Source: Callorhinchus milii (taxonomy: Eukaryota). From it: a stretch of 64,000 bases of DNA. The stretch is from the NCBI RefSeq assembly GCF_018977255.1, contig NW_024704742.1, positions 92,568,001-92,632,000 of the forward strand, given 5' to 3'. The notes below the pieces were generated by a model. The model saw nothing but the letters and a program-made list of their open reading frames with translations, had not been told where the DNA came from and searched no databases. The stretch's first letter is position 1. Every line of letters starts with the position of its first letter. Both the position numbers and the translations under genes were made by a program. Positions 40,913-52,795 of this stretch are shown here, in pieces.

Positions 40913-41283
40913 GTGAGAAGCTCTGTGTAGGGACTCATTGAGTTATAGAATCATAGTAATTGAGTTTGCACCATCTCTAAGAGCAAGCTGTTCTTTCACC
41001 GTCCTGCCCCATCCCCATACACCTTCAAAGCATCTAACTTTCCTATACCCTTGTAAAGGTCTTAAGAGTCAAAGCTCACTCAGTGGCTATCAAGGACTAT
41101 GAACTGCAGAGCAGTTTTGTACATTTCGCCCACAAAATATTCAGTCAATCCACTTTCTGGTGTATCCTGTGAAGCGCTTTGGGACGTCTCAATGATGTGA
41201 TCAGGTGCTATATCAAATATAGGGATTAATAGCATTATTATTATTATTGATCTCAACAGTTCTTCAACGTATTCTTTTTGCAG

Positions 41284-41411
41284 AGAATATGCCACAGGGT
41301 AATATTGGAAATGGAAATAGTCACTATTTCTCCAATCCGAGCTACCACACCTTGGCACAATGTGGAGGGCCACATCATAGCAACAACTGTGAACGCAGCG
41401 TATCAGGAAAG
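41284..41411 (+). CDS. MEGF10: MEGF10 cytoplasmic exon with NPxY motif (ENMPQGNIGNGNSHYFSNPSYHTLAQCGGPHHSNNCERSVSGK)
   Basis: tttttgcag acceptor, gtaaa donor, 128 nt, phase 1 to 0. Confidence 0.93.
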
Positions 41412-41774
41412 GTAAAAACAAACAAATGCAATTACGGGTATTTATACTGCACGTTTGGTGATGAATTGCTGTGGTTCTGTCATACTTGTAACAAGAAATA
41501 GGGGGGTTGGGGGTGGGGTTGGAGCTGAGGCACCACAATTACTCTGGAAACCTGCTCCTATTACCACCTGGAGTCTGGAGGAAATAGTCACAGGAACATG
41601 TTAATTCACACCCACACTGTATAAAGGTCATAGATGTCAATTGCACTGGGCTCACCCCTTCACTGTGCCTTGCTAAACACATTATAAATAATTAGTTTCT
41701 AAAAAGCAACCTAAGTGAATAACTACAATACTCGCAGAATAGTAAAAATGTTGAGGAGTAGAATACTATCTTCC

Positions 41775-42272
41775 ACACTGGAAGCATTGATGGAAGGAGT
41801 ACAGCATAGGTTTATAAGGATGATACCGAAGCTGGCAGATTATTGCTGTCAGGATAGACTGGGTAGGTTGGATCTTTTTTCACTAGAGAAGAGACGTTTA
41901 AAGGGTGACCTGATAGAAGTGTTTAAGATTATAAAAACGTTCGATAAGGTTAACATAAATATGCTTTTTCCACTGGGGTAACTAGGGAAGAAATATAAGA
42001 TAGCAATTAGGGCATCAGAAAGAGAATTTTGGAGGAACTACTTCATGCAGAGGGGAGTAAGATTATGGAACTCATTGCCTGAAGCGGTGGTTGAATCAGA
42101 TAGTATAAATGCATTCCAGAAGAAGCTAGACTTTCACATGAGGGAGATTGGAATAGAAGGATGTGGGAGGGAGTAAATCAATAGGTGACAACTTGTGTGG
42201 AGTTTAAACCATCGACTGGTTGGGCCGAGTGGCCTGTTTCCATGCTGTACAGTCTTTGTAAATCTTTGTAAA
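41775..42272 (+). mobile_element. CR1 LINE 3' fragment
   Basis: EGVQHRFIRMIP...LFSLEKRRLKGDLIEVFKI; tandem ctttgtaaa tail. Confidence 0.82.
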
Positions 42273-42425
42273 GTTGGCAATGGTTATTCTGAAGTTTTCT
42301 GATTGCAAAGGAAAACTGTTATGTTGTGTATAGGGGAACACACAGGAGTAGGAAAGCAGTAAGAAGAGCCATTGTCATGCTGGTTATGTGAATTAATATT
42401 GTACATATTTGATTTTAATCAATAG

Positions 42426-42552
42426 ACAAAAAACAATCAATTGTTTGTAAACATCAAAAACCTGAAGACCCAAGGGAAACCAAGCCCATGTATGGATTAC
42501 ACAGCAACTCTGCCTGCGGACTGGAAGCAAGGAGGCTATCTGAATGATTTAG
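42426..42552 (+). CDS. MEGF10: MEGF10 cytoplasmic exon ([42 protein letters not shown])
   Basis: aatcaatag acceptor, gtatt donor, 127 nt, phase 0 to 1. Confidence 0.92.
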
Positions 42553-42859
42553 GTATTGCCTTTTCCACTTTTGTAAAAATGTTATCAATGAACGAAAAAG
42601 TAATACAAATTTAGAAGATGCTGTACATAAACAAAAAGTAATTTGTGTCAGATTAATTTTACACACACAAATAAGGGGCCTTTTTTGTAGTATTTCTTAA
42701 GTTTTTTTTATCGAGTAAACTGAATTGTACGAATAGGAATGTCTTCTGGTAATGGAAGTACATCACTCCGACCCAGGGGGAACTCCATTCTTGGGGAATG
42801 CATGGATGAGAATTTTATTTTGGAATTCAAAATAAAGCAATGGCACACCTTATTTGACA

Positions 42860-43465
42860 ACAACAGTACAGTTAGTTTGCACTTATACAGCACCTTCAAC
42901 CTAGTGGTACATCTCAAAGCTCTTTACAAGGTCTGACTGGGAGCCCGAGTTGGAAGAAAGTGGTGGGTTTTATGTAAGCAATGAAGGAGGAGAAGGATGA
43001 GAGTCCAAAGGTGTGAAAGGTGGGCAGTGTGGAACCAGGGGAGGAGGGAGAGGGTGCCAAGTGGGGAGGAAGTGGAGACAGCTGAATGAATCTTGTCATA
43101 TTTAGAGTCCAGGAAGCCCATGAACTGCTCATGTTTACTGTTGAATGTGAGGATGGAGGGAGAATGGGAGGGTGAACAGCAGAGATGGTTGGTGATCCTG
43201 GAGTAGATGGAAGATTTGACTGAGGAGAGGGAGAGATGGGAAGTTTTGGTGTGATCCAGCCAGATCCAGTGGTGGACCATGAGGCCAGATTTGAGCCAGA
43301 TGTTCGGATCTGACTGGAACACACCACACATGGGATGTGGATTTTAGTGAGTGAAGGTGACTGTTTTACCAAGGAACTTGTGGAGATGAGATGCAGTTGG
43401 GGATTTGATATGGGAGAGAACTTTGAGGGTGATGGTGAGTGTGGAACTGAGTGCATTGTGGTCAC
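42860..43465 (-). mobile_element. Decayed L2 LINE fragment
   Basis: Purine-rich + strand, L2 tail at the left end, similar to the L2 copies at 52796 and 57248. Confidence 0.65.
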
Positions 43466-43933
43466 ACCAGATTGCTAATAACTAGTAATCTTAGCCTTAT
43501 TTTTTATAATGGGATTTCCTATTATAAAGAGATAACAGCAAGACTGCTGTTTTAGTGATCAGCAATGCTATCCTGGTCTCTGTTTGAACATTCTGGGCAA
43601 ATAGACGTGGGAGGGAGGTCATCTGAAAAATTATCAGCAACATCTTAAATTTAGGTTGACTGGAATTTCAGAGATTGCCAATTTTTTTTTAAAAAAGTTA
43701 ATCATTTAAACTTTTTAAAACTTTTTCGAACATTTTTCATCATTTAAAGAGCAATATGCCCTAAAATTGAGTAATGTGACAATTTCATTCAGCCATTCAT
43801 CTGCCTGTAGATTAACGTCCTATCAGATTTTCATTGTCAATGTCTCATCTATTGCATTCCATTTGTCAGTTAAAGAAATGACTGCTTAACGATTTAAAAA
43901 GTTATTAACTTTTAAAATATATATACATTACAG

Positions 43934-43978
43934 GTGCTTTTGGAATTGACCGAGGATTTGTTGGAAAATCTCTTAAAG
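43934..43978 (+). CDS. MEGF10: MEGF10 45-nt mini-exon (GAFGIDRGFVGKSLK)
   Basis: attacag acceptor, gtaaag donor, phase 1 to 1; resembles the recalled MEGF10 segment GAFGLDR...GKSLKD. Confidence 0.88.
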
Positions 43979-44283
43979 GTAAAGTCTTAAATGATCTGTA
44001 CGTAGTCAAAACTTGTAATCCTTCAGTCATCAACAGCAACATATTATTTTAGTTGGGAAAGCCATGCTGGGCTGTAAATTGGGTTCCTAAGGTATTCAAT
44101 GGGATCTCTTATGCGCCATGTGCAATATATGTGCAGAGAGCAAATTAACTAGAGCTGTTAACTAGCGCAATTAACTCACCTCTGCTTTCATGTTTATTTA
44201 GATGTTGCCCTACATGAAGGGTACTATATAAATGCAATTTGTGGTTGATGTTGCTTATCTTTGTACTGTTATTAATTTCATAG

Positions 44284-44490
44284 ATCTGGTGAAGAGTTCG
44301 GGATGCAATTCCAGCAACTGTTCACTGAACAGCACTGAGAACCCTTATGCTACCATCAAAGATCCTCCAGTCTTCACGTCTAAAAACTCAGAATGTGGCT
44401 ACGTTGAGATGAAGTCTCCAGCTCGCAGAGATTCACCTTATGCTGAAATTGGGAACTCTGCCTCGGCCACTAAAAATGTCTATGAAGTTG
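44284..44490 (+). CDS. MEGF10: MEGF10 cytoplasmic exon with tyrosine motifs ([29 protein letters not shown]...[18 protein letters not shown]...NVYEV)
   Basis: tttcatag acceptor, gtatgt donor, 207 nt, phase 1 to 1. Confidence 0.95.
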
Positions 44491-44781
44491 GTATGTGTGA
44501 CTTTATCTCTATGAATTATAAGTGTCAGCTCGGTACAACTGGTAATATCGCTGCCGTTGGGCCAGAAGGTTGTTAGTTCAGGGCCCACTTGGTCTATACT
44601 GACCTTCTAGTGTAGCAATGTGGAGCTCTGTATTGCTGGAGGTGCCATCTTATCTTTCAAATGAGAAGTTAAACAGGTCCCGATAGGCAGAAGTTTAAGA
44701 TCCCGCGCCACTGTTTGAAAAGAGAAGGAAATTTCTTCCAGTAATCTGGCTAGCAATAATGCATGTTTCTTAATAATAGTA

Positions 44782-44952
44782 CAGTAAATTCCTGATAACT
44801 CGTCACTCCAAGGGGAAGGGCTCAGTGATAAGTTATCCTGAGTGGCGAATTAGGCATCAATACATAAATAAATGCGGCCAGGATTTTGACAGCATAGTAA
44901 CTTAAGTAGTAATTACAAGTTAAGCCAGGGTCAAGTGATCAGCAATTCAATG
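44782..44952. mobile_element. Putative pogo/Tigger-like MITE
   Basis: TA-cagtaaattcctgataactc ... aagtgatcagcaattcaatg-TA, degenerate TIRs. Confidence 0.45.
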
Positions 44953-45196
44953 TAATAATAATCCTTGTATTTGATGTAGTGCCTTCTCAGAATTGCATTT
45001 GATGTAGTTATTCGCAAGGCCTATCAGTCCCTGACCACGAGGGCCAACCTCTCCTCTCTCATCCACATCCCCACCCTTCCTGTCAGTCCTCCCCCTAACC
45101 CACCTCGCCCCCCACATTCCGCCACCAACTGGTCCCTCCGCATCGGTCTACAAAATGTCCGCTCCCCTCTCCAACAAAACACTCACCATCCACTCG

Positions 45197-45530
45197 TGGA
45201 GTCCTGTAGCTCAGTGGTTAGAGCACTCACCTTGCAAGTGAGACACCTGGGTTCAATTCAATTCAATTCAATTCAACCTCAATCCAGGCAGAGGGCGAAA
45301 CCTTGGGCAAGTTTCCTTACTCCACACAGAGCCTAATAATAATCCCTCCAAAACAAAACAATAATAAATTGGTCATTTTCAATCCATGACTGTTTGTGGG
45401 ACATTGCTGTGCGCAATTGGCTGCCGCGTTTCGCCCACAAATATACAGTCAATTCATTTTACAGTCTATTCTGTGAAGCGCTTTGAGACGTGAAAAGTGC
45501 TATGTCAAATGCAAGGATATTGTTATTATT
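45197..45530 (+). mobile_element. Young tRNA-derived SINE with (TTCAA)n expansion in the B box
   Basis: Full head, body and tail; ggttcaattcaattcaattcaattcaacc. Confidence 0.9.
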
Positions 45531-45936
45531 TATTATCCAAGACCTCATCATCGATGAAAACATTAACATTCTCGCCCTCAATGAAACCTGGATCACGCCA
45601 GGCGACACCTTCCCCCTCACAGAGATCACACCACCCGGCTACACGCTCCATCACACCCCACGACCTAACTTTCGTGGTGGCGGTGTGGCTCTCATCTCCT
45701 GGTCCCCGCTTGGCCTATCCCCTTACTCCTCTGGAACCTTTCCCTCCTTTGAGCACTTTACCCTTTGTGAACCCACCAACCTGTCCCTCAAAATTCTCCT
45801 TGTCTGTTGCCGCCCTGATCTATCCCCCACTTTCTTCCCAACATCTCCACCCTCCTATCTTCCCTCTCCCTCTGCTTTGAACGCCTCCTCATCCTTGGCG
45901 ACTTCAACCTCAATCGTCGTTCTAGTCCAAGACATA

Positions 45937-45961
45937 NNNNNNNNNNNNNNNNNNNNNNNNN
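45937..45961. other. Assembly gap (25 N)
   Basis: Run of n. Confidence 1.
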
Positions 45962-46249
45962 ATATTGGAGGCCAAGGACAACCCAATGCTCCTTTTCTCC
46001 ATCACTTTTTAGTATATTCTGTGAAGCGCTTTGAGACATCTAGAACACGTGAAAAGCGCTATATTAAAAGCAAGGATTATTTTATGTTATTTTATTGTTC
46101 CCATCCCATTAAAAATGGCAGCCATCACTCCTACCCTTTAAAAAAAACCTCCCTGGACCCATCACTGCTCTCAAACTACCTCCCCATCTCCAACCTCGTT
46201 TTCCTCTCCAAGGTCCTGGAACGCGTTGTTGCTTCCCAGCTTCGCTCCT

Positions 46250-47065
46250 TCCTCTCCCGCTCCCTCCTCTCTCCCCCCCTCCCTCCTCTCTCCCCCCCCC
46301 TCTCCTCTCCCCTCCCTCCTCTCTCTCCCTCCCTCCTCTCTCTCCCCCTCCTCCTCTCTCTCCCCTCCCTCCTCTCTCCCCCCCTCTCTCCTTCTCCCCT
46401 CCCTCCTCTCCCCCCCCCTCCTCTCTCCCCCTCTCTCCTCCCCCCCTCCTCTCTCCCTCCCCTCCTCTCCCCCCCTCTCCCTCCTCTCCCCCTCCCTCCT
46501 CTCTCCCCCCTCCTCCTCCCCCCCCTCCTCTCTCCCCCCCCTCCTCTCTCCCCCCCCTCCTCCTCTCTCCCCCCCCTCCTTCTCCCCCCCCTCCCTCCTC
46601 TCTCCCCCCCTCCCTCCTCTCCCCCCTCCCTCCTCTCCCCCCCCCTCCCTCCTCTCTCCCCCCCCTCCTCCTCTCTCCCCCCCTCCTCCTCTCTCCCCCC
46701 CTCCTCTCTCTCCCCCCCTCCTCCTCTCTCCCCCCCTCCCCTCTCTCCCCCCCCTCTCTCCCCCCCTCCTCTCTCCCCCTCCTCCTCTCCCCCCCTCCTT
46801 CTCCCCCTCTCCCTCCTCTCCCCCCCTCCCCTCTCTCCCCCCTCCCTCTTCTCTCCCCCCTCCCTCCTCTCTCCCCCCTGCTCTCTCTCTCCCCCCCTCC
46901 CTCTCTCCCCCCCTCCCTCCTCTCTTCCCCCTCCCTTCTCCTCTCTCTCTCCCCCCCCTCCCTCCTCTCTCCCCCACCTCCTCTCCTAGCCCCCCACCTC
47001 CTTTCCTCCCCCCCCCACCTCCCCTCCTTCTCCCTCCCCTCTCCCCCGCCTTCCCTCCCCTTCTC
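46250..47065 (+). repeat. ~810-bp polypyrimidine low-complexity tract (CCTCCTCTCTCCCCC-like units)
   Basis: Almost only C and T. Confidence 0.95.
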
Positions 47066-47759
47066 TGTGAGTGAAGCATAGAGAAAATCGAGTGACAACG
47101 ATTACGGTTGATGTAGCGTCTGATCACGTCATCCAAATGTTTTTCATTTGGTCGGCGGAATCATTTTGTCTGATCCGTGCGGAAACTCATCACCGTGCTT
47201 AAGGGTATCCAAACAAACCGTTCCACGTATCCCACCTTGGAGTGGAATGGGCACTCTCTCCCTGGAGGGATGCATCTTTCTTACCCGGGTCTGGAGATTC
47301 CTCGACCCAGATTGACAAGAGCCAAGGTTTGGGGTCCCCAGAGTGCGTGTTGGTTTACTGCTGGAATCGAACCGGCTGAAGCCCCCATAGCGTGCCCCTG
47401 TCTGGCAAGTTTCCTGCTCCCCATGAGGGCTATGGCTTGCAGGGTTGACAGGAGCTGAGTGGGCTGACTCCCTGCCCCCAGTGACTGGTCTGCCCTGAAG
47501 CAGGCTGGCCGTGCTGCCACAAGTAAACCATGTTTATTGTTGTTGTTGTTTATATCTCTCCCCTACCCAACCCCCACAACCCCCGCCCCCCTCCAGGAGG
47601 ATTGTCAATAATTACTTTTTGACATCTGACAAGTTCAAGTTTGAGCCCCCATAAAGTTGTAAGCCTTTGCAGGTTCTGTTTGCTTTCTGCTGAAATGCTA
47701 CGAAGAGTAAATGCGTGCTTGCCTTTCTAAATGCACACTTTCAACTTTTTAAATGCTCA

Positions 47760-47995
47760 ACAACAAAAACAAAATTGCGTATATCGAGAGCCTTTCACGT
47801 CAGGAGGACGTCCCAAGGCGCTGGACAGTTGGGGGGGGGGGTCAGGATCCGAGCATGGGGGAGGGGAGGGGAGGGGTGCGGGAAGGCGACCGAAGGCACG
47901 ATCGAAGAAGAGGGTCTTGAGACCGACCTTGAAGGATGCAAGGGAGATGGCGAGGCGAAGGGACTGTCGGATGGAGTTCCAGAGTGTGGGCAGAG
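47760..47995 (-). mobile_element. L2 LINE 3' end fragment
   Basis: Reverse-complement tail caacaaaaac...ctttcacgtcaggaggacgtcccaaggcgctggacag. Confidence 0.8.
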
Positions 47996-49599
47996 AGGCT
48001 GAAAGCTCATTCCTGCTGCTGCATGGGACAAGTTTTGTGACATGGAAACTAGTTATCAGAATCTTTCAGAATGGCGTTTTTACTGACCTTAATGTCAAAC
48101 AGACTTGTTTGGGGTTTTTTTTTTTTTGCTGATTAAACTCCAGCAGTTTTATTCGCATGTGAAAGTAGTTTCACCCCTCCGAGGGAGCGAGTGATGAGAA
48201 TCTTAATCAGATTTTGACTCTATCACAAAAACCTTTCGTAAAAGAGCGCTGTGAAAAAAAAAGCGAAACACTTGAAATGTAAGCTCCATAATGAACCTGA
48301 AAGACAATGATGGCTGCTATTTGTTGGTTTAAATGCGAGGATAATCGCCTACTTGCGTCGTAAAATAGATGAATTGAGTTTTGATCAGCTCGATGGGAAA
48401 AGGGCATAAATGGGAAGGCTGGTGCTGTTGGGTCACTGAGCTGAACAGTGGTTTGGGAGAATCTGGCCGGTGGGCTGCAGATAGTGACTTGACCTCAGCT
48501 GTTGTCTTCCAGGAGAGGTGCTGAGTGGAGATTTAATGTTCCTCCGCTGGGATTGTCAAATTACCCAGACTGCTCTTAAGCACCTCCCCGTGTAGCAAGT
48601 GAGGAGGGTTGGGAGCAAGTCGGGGAGGAAGGGAGGGGGAGTTCGCCTATGAAATGTCAGGAGACTGCAGAAAACAAGATCGTTAAAAACAACTCGTGAG
48701 AAAACGCATTTCTGTTCTCGGACACTCTTTAGAATACAGGTATAGTATTTGTAATTTTGCTGCTCTTTGCAAAAATCAAGTTGAGTTCTGTTTGAATGTT
48801 TCGTGCACTTCACCTTTTCAAAGCTCCCTGGGAGCAATCCTGTTAGATTTGCATCGCTGGTGAACTTTGTGCCGAATATCTTGTATGTTTTATTTATAAC
48901 TTGGACACCACACTGTATGACATGCAAACTGTTGAGCTTCCAGCTCAAGGGCTGTGGAAACTGTATTGCTAACAGTTTAGCAGACTTGAACATGTGTTAG
49001 ACTTGCATTGTCTCTGAAGAAAGACAATGTAAGTTTATGGTAAACTCCAGTGTAACTGCTGAAACAGTATACAAGTATACTGTGAATTATGAATCAGCGA
49101 GCTGGTCAGAGTAACATCTGTTGCTCTTTGAAATACAAACACACCGCAGCCTGTATTTGTTCACCTGCAAAACATGGTCATTCGTATCATGGCTGTTTGT
49201 GGGACAGTGCTGTGTACAAATTGGCTGCTGCGTTTGTTCACAAATAACTCATTACGCTCTATAGTAAATCTTGTAAAGCGCTTTGAGATGTTCTGATCAA
49301 TTGATAAGTCACTGTATCAAATGCAAGGATAATTAATTAACATGGTGTACATTATGTACTGGTTTGACTAGACTGTTTGTATTCCCTGATCATTACATTT
49401 TGGGAAATGCCAACAGTTTATGGAGTACCTCCAGTACTATTCTGATCTGGTAGTACAGTATAAAGGTTAACTGACAGACCTGTGTTTATACTCGCAGCAA
49501 ATCTGCAGACTCTGAATACAATGACTTATACACACAGGACAGACAATGTATTTATCACATTAGCATCCTAAAGTGTCCCTGGTTTCATAGAAATGAGCA

Positions 49600-50645
49600 G
49601 GATCAAAGATATCCTCTTGTGGAACTCCAGCCTTGCACTTGCACTTTGGTCAACCAGGGCTCTCTCTGTCTCCTTGTCCTTCTCGACCTCTCGGCCCCTT
49701 TCGATACTGTTGACCACTATATTCTTTTCCACCACCTCTCCTCTCACCTCCACCTCAATGGTTCTGTTCTTGCATGGTTCCAGTCCTACCTTTCCCACCG
49801 TCTTCACTTCGTGGCCACCAACGGCTTCTTCTCTAGTCACCGCATTGTCACGTGTGGCGTCCCTCAGGGCTCTGTCCTCGGTCTCCTCCTCTTCAATCTT
49901 TCCATGCTCCTGCTCGGTGATGTTATCTACTGGCATGGGGTCAATTTCCACATGTATACGGATGACACCCAACTTATCTCAATGACAGCAAACTGCCTCC
50001 ACCCTCGACTCCAGGACCGTTGATGTCCTGACTAATTGTCTGTCTGACATCAAGTCCTGGATGAGAGTCAACTTCCAGCTCAGTATTGGCAAGACAGAGG
50101 CCCTCCTGCTTGGCTTCCACACCTCTACAATATTACCAGCCTCCACCGCTGCCTCTCACCGCAGGCCGCCGATACCCTGATCCACACAGATAACATGTCC
50201 TGGCTTGACTACGCCAACCGCCTGCTAACTGGACTTCCCAACTCTTCCGTCCACAAGCTGCAGATTATTCAGAACTCTGCAGCTCATGTCCTCTCCCACA
50301 CCAGGCTCCGGGAACCTAATAGCCCCGTTGTTTCCCGGCTTCACTGGCTCCCCATTCTTCAGAGAATAGAGTTCAAAACCCTTGTTCTTACCTTCAAGGC
50401 CCTCCACAGTGTTGCTCCCCCCGACCTTTCCAACTTCATAACCCCATATCAGCCTGTCTGCTCCCTCCGCTCAGCCTGCTTCAGGTCCCTGCACTTCCCG
50501 CACCACTATTGGTGGTCGGGCATTCAACATCTCTCCCTCCACACTCTACAACTCTATCCTGGAGTCCTTCTGCCTCAACCCCTCGCATGCCCCCTTCACG
50601 TCCCGTCTGAAGACCTTTCTCTTTGACCATGCCTTTGGCCACCTT
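49600..50645 (+). mobile_element. Decayed L2 LINE RT to 3' region
   Basis: LLDLSAPFDTVDH, GVPQGSVLG, FHMYTDDTQL, LHWLPILQRIEFK. Confidence 0.88.
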
Positions 50646-52059
50646 AATGCTAATGAGCTGTACACTAACATAACATTAGGAAAGGGATAACATGGGCAAT
50701 ATGGGCGGACATTACGGTGGAATATCTACATGGTGTGTTTAAAAAGGGGTTTCTGCTCTGCCAAGTACAATGCCCAGTTGCTTCTTTACTTGGTGCAGAG
50801 AAAAATCTTCATGGATTCTCTTACACCTCCTTGCCTCATGTAAGAGCAGTATTGCAGTCAAGACATTACTCCAGGGGCGTGGGGGAGGGAAGAATGATGG
50901 GAGAGACAAAGTGATTTTTTTCAATTCTCCAACTCCAACACAGTAGGATTGAGTTTGTGGAAGTGTCTTCTCAAAATAAATTCTGGTTTCTATTTTTTTA
51001 AAAAATCTATTACGTAACGATGCTCTGAATGAACGGAAAGCAAATCCTTTTGGACTGAAAAGTATATTGCCTTTGTTTTGTGCACATGATGAATGTCAGC
51101 ACACGACGATTTTTGAGCGGGTCAGCGACCTGTAGCTGCACACAGAGGGCCCAATGTATTTATAAATGGGAGTAAATCGCATTGAGACTTGAGTACAGTC
51201 AAACTTTGCAAAACTTCTCTTCATCGCACATGTTTTTCTGCTTAACCTTGGCAGAGTCTACATTAAATTCATAAGAGTAGCTCGAACCTTAATCCAATGA
51301 ATTCCAGAGGGCTAGTCTGCTGATTTCCATGAGTTTATACAGTAGTAACAAAGTTTAACTGTGACCTCTTTTTCACAATCTGTAACTGATGGTACAAGTC
51401 AACAAAGTACTGTATATGCTGCTGAGGTTGGAGAGCAAGTTCAATTGAGCAGCATGACCCAGTTGTTGTGAGATATGTAAAGATAAATCTTGTTTGGTTA
51501 GAATCCCTTGTTTGTTTGTCTAAAAATGTAATGGAAACTTTTTTTCTTTGTTTGGCTCCTTAACATGATAACAATTTGTTCATGTTTAATTCATGGAAAG
51601 AGCTTTGGATTATAGCGGAGATGTATGTTTTTCCAAGGTTGTGCAAATTTCGGGTTTCTAGGTGAGAGAGGAATTTTGAACTGAGCTTATGTTAACTTCA
51701 GTCTATAATTGTCATTTTCAGTTACTTGGCTAGCAAGCGATTAACCTCAACCATGTAAAAAGCTCAGCAGTTGAAAAACAAGATAATTTTTACCCAAAGC
51801 ACCCATTGTACTTGACTAAAGATGAGAAATATTGTGCAATTCCATTGTTCCTCTAACAGACTTTGAAATGTCTGCGTCCTCGAACTTAAGCAATCAAGAA
51901 AAGGTCGATGGGATCACCTTTTATAGACCACAGGTGATAATGCAGTTTTTTTGCAAATGGAACTTTATTTGCATACCATGGTTGAGCCGGTAATGTTTGT
52001 GTTGAGTATTTGCAGTCATTCAGAAACGTGTAAGTGACCTACATTGACTGGCATTGCAG

Positions 52060-52670
52060 GGCAGTGTTGGGGGGAGTCCTGCATTGATGGTAGGTGATGT
52101 CCTTCAGAGATGATGTTCAAATGAGGTCCTATCTGACTGGTCAGGTGGATATTAAAGATCCCACTGCACTATTTGAAAATAGAAGGAAGTTTCTCCTGTT
52201 GTCCTGACCAATAATTCTCCAGTTTGTGGGGCATTGCTGTATGCAAATTTTGCCTGCAAAATAATAATAATAATAATAATAATCCTTGCATTTGATATAG
52301 CGCTTTTCACGTCGGGAGGACATCCCAAAGCGCTTCACAGAACACACTGTAAAGTGAATTGACTGTATATTTGTGGGCGAACGCGGCAGCCAATTGCGCA
52401 CAGCAATGTCCCACAAACAGTCGTAGATTGAAAACGACCAATTTATTATTGTTTTTGGTTTTGGAGGGATTATTATTAGGCGTGTGGAGTAAGGAAACTT
52501 GCCCAAGGTTTCGCCCTGCCTGGAATTGAACTCAGGTCTCTCACTTGCAAAGCGAGTGCTCTAACCACTGAGCTACAGGACTCCACTGCATTTTATAATA
52601 TTATAATATTTTCTGTGAAGCGTTTGAAACGTCCCTCCTTATATGAAAATCACAATATCGAATGCAAGGA
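52060..52670 (+). mobile_element. Older Deu-domain SINE split by an antisense young SINE
   Basis: Deu-like block at 52075-52260; tail resumes after 52588. Confidence 0.65.
52261..52588 (-). mobile_element. Young tRNA-derived SINE, full length
   Basis: Nearly identical to the 21003 copy, reverse complemented. Confidence 0.92.
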
Positions 52671-52795
52671 TGTGGGTGAAGGCAGAATTGGCCTAGGCAT
52701 GGATGTGGCGTTTAAATTACAACTTCAACCTCTTTCCCTCCGCTACCAGTTTTCAGAAGTACCAAACTGCATTGCTCCTGACATTAGTTTCACTT

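Larger units (their letters stand above)
45010..46260 (+). mobile_element. Decayed L2 LINE ORF2 (endonuclease start to RT), split by a SINE and an assembly gap
   Basis: LRIGLQNVRS...DLIIDENINILALNETWITPGD...GGGVALI; after the gap LEAKDNP and SLDPS..SNYLPISNL..LSKVLERVVASQL. Confidence 0.8.

Noticed and set aside
45490..47136. Long ORFs of 282-499 aa (Pro/Ser/Leu-rich on +, Gly/Glu/Arg-rich on -)
   Set aside because: They are stop-free only because of the C/T tract. The longest also runs through a SINE tail, L2 fragments and an N gap. Not genes.
48191..48300. Box C (GTGATGA) and box D (CTGA) as a possible C/D snoRNA; similar pair near 27496-27532
   Set aside because: No terminal stem or recognisable rRNA guide; the second pair is too short.
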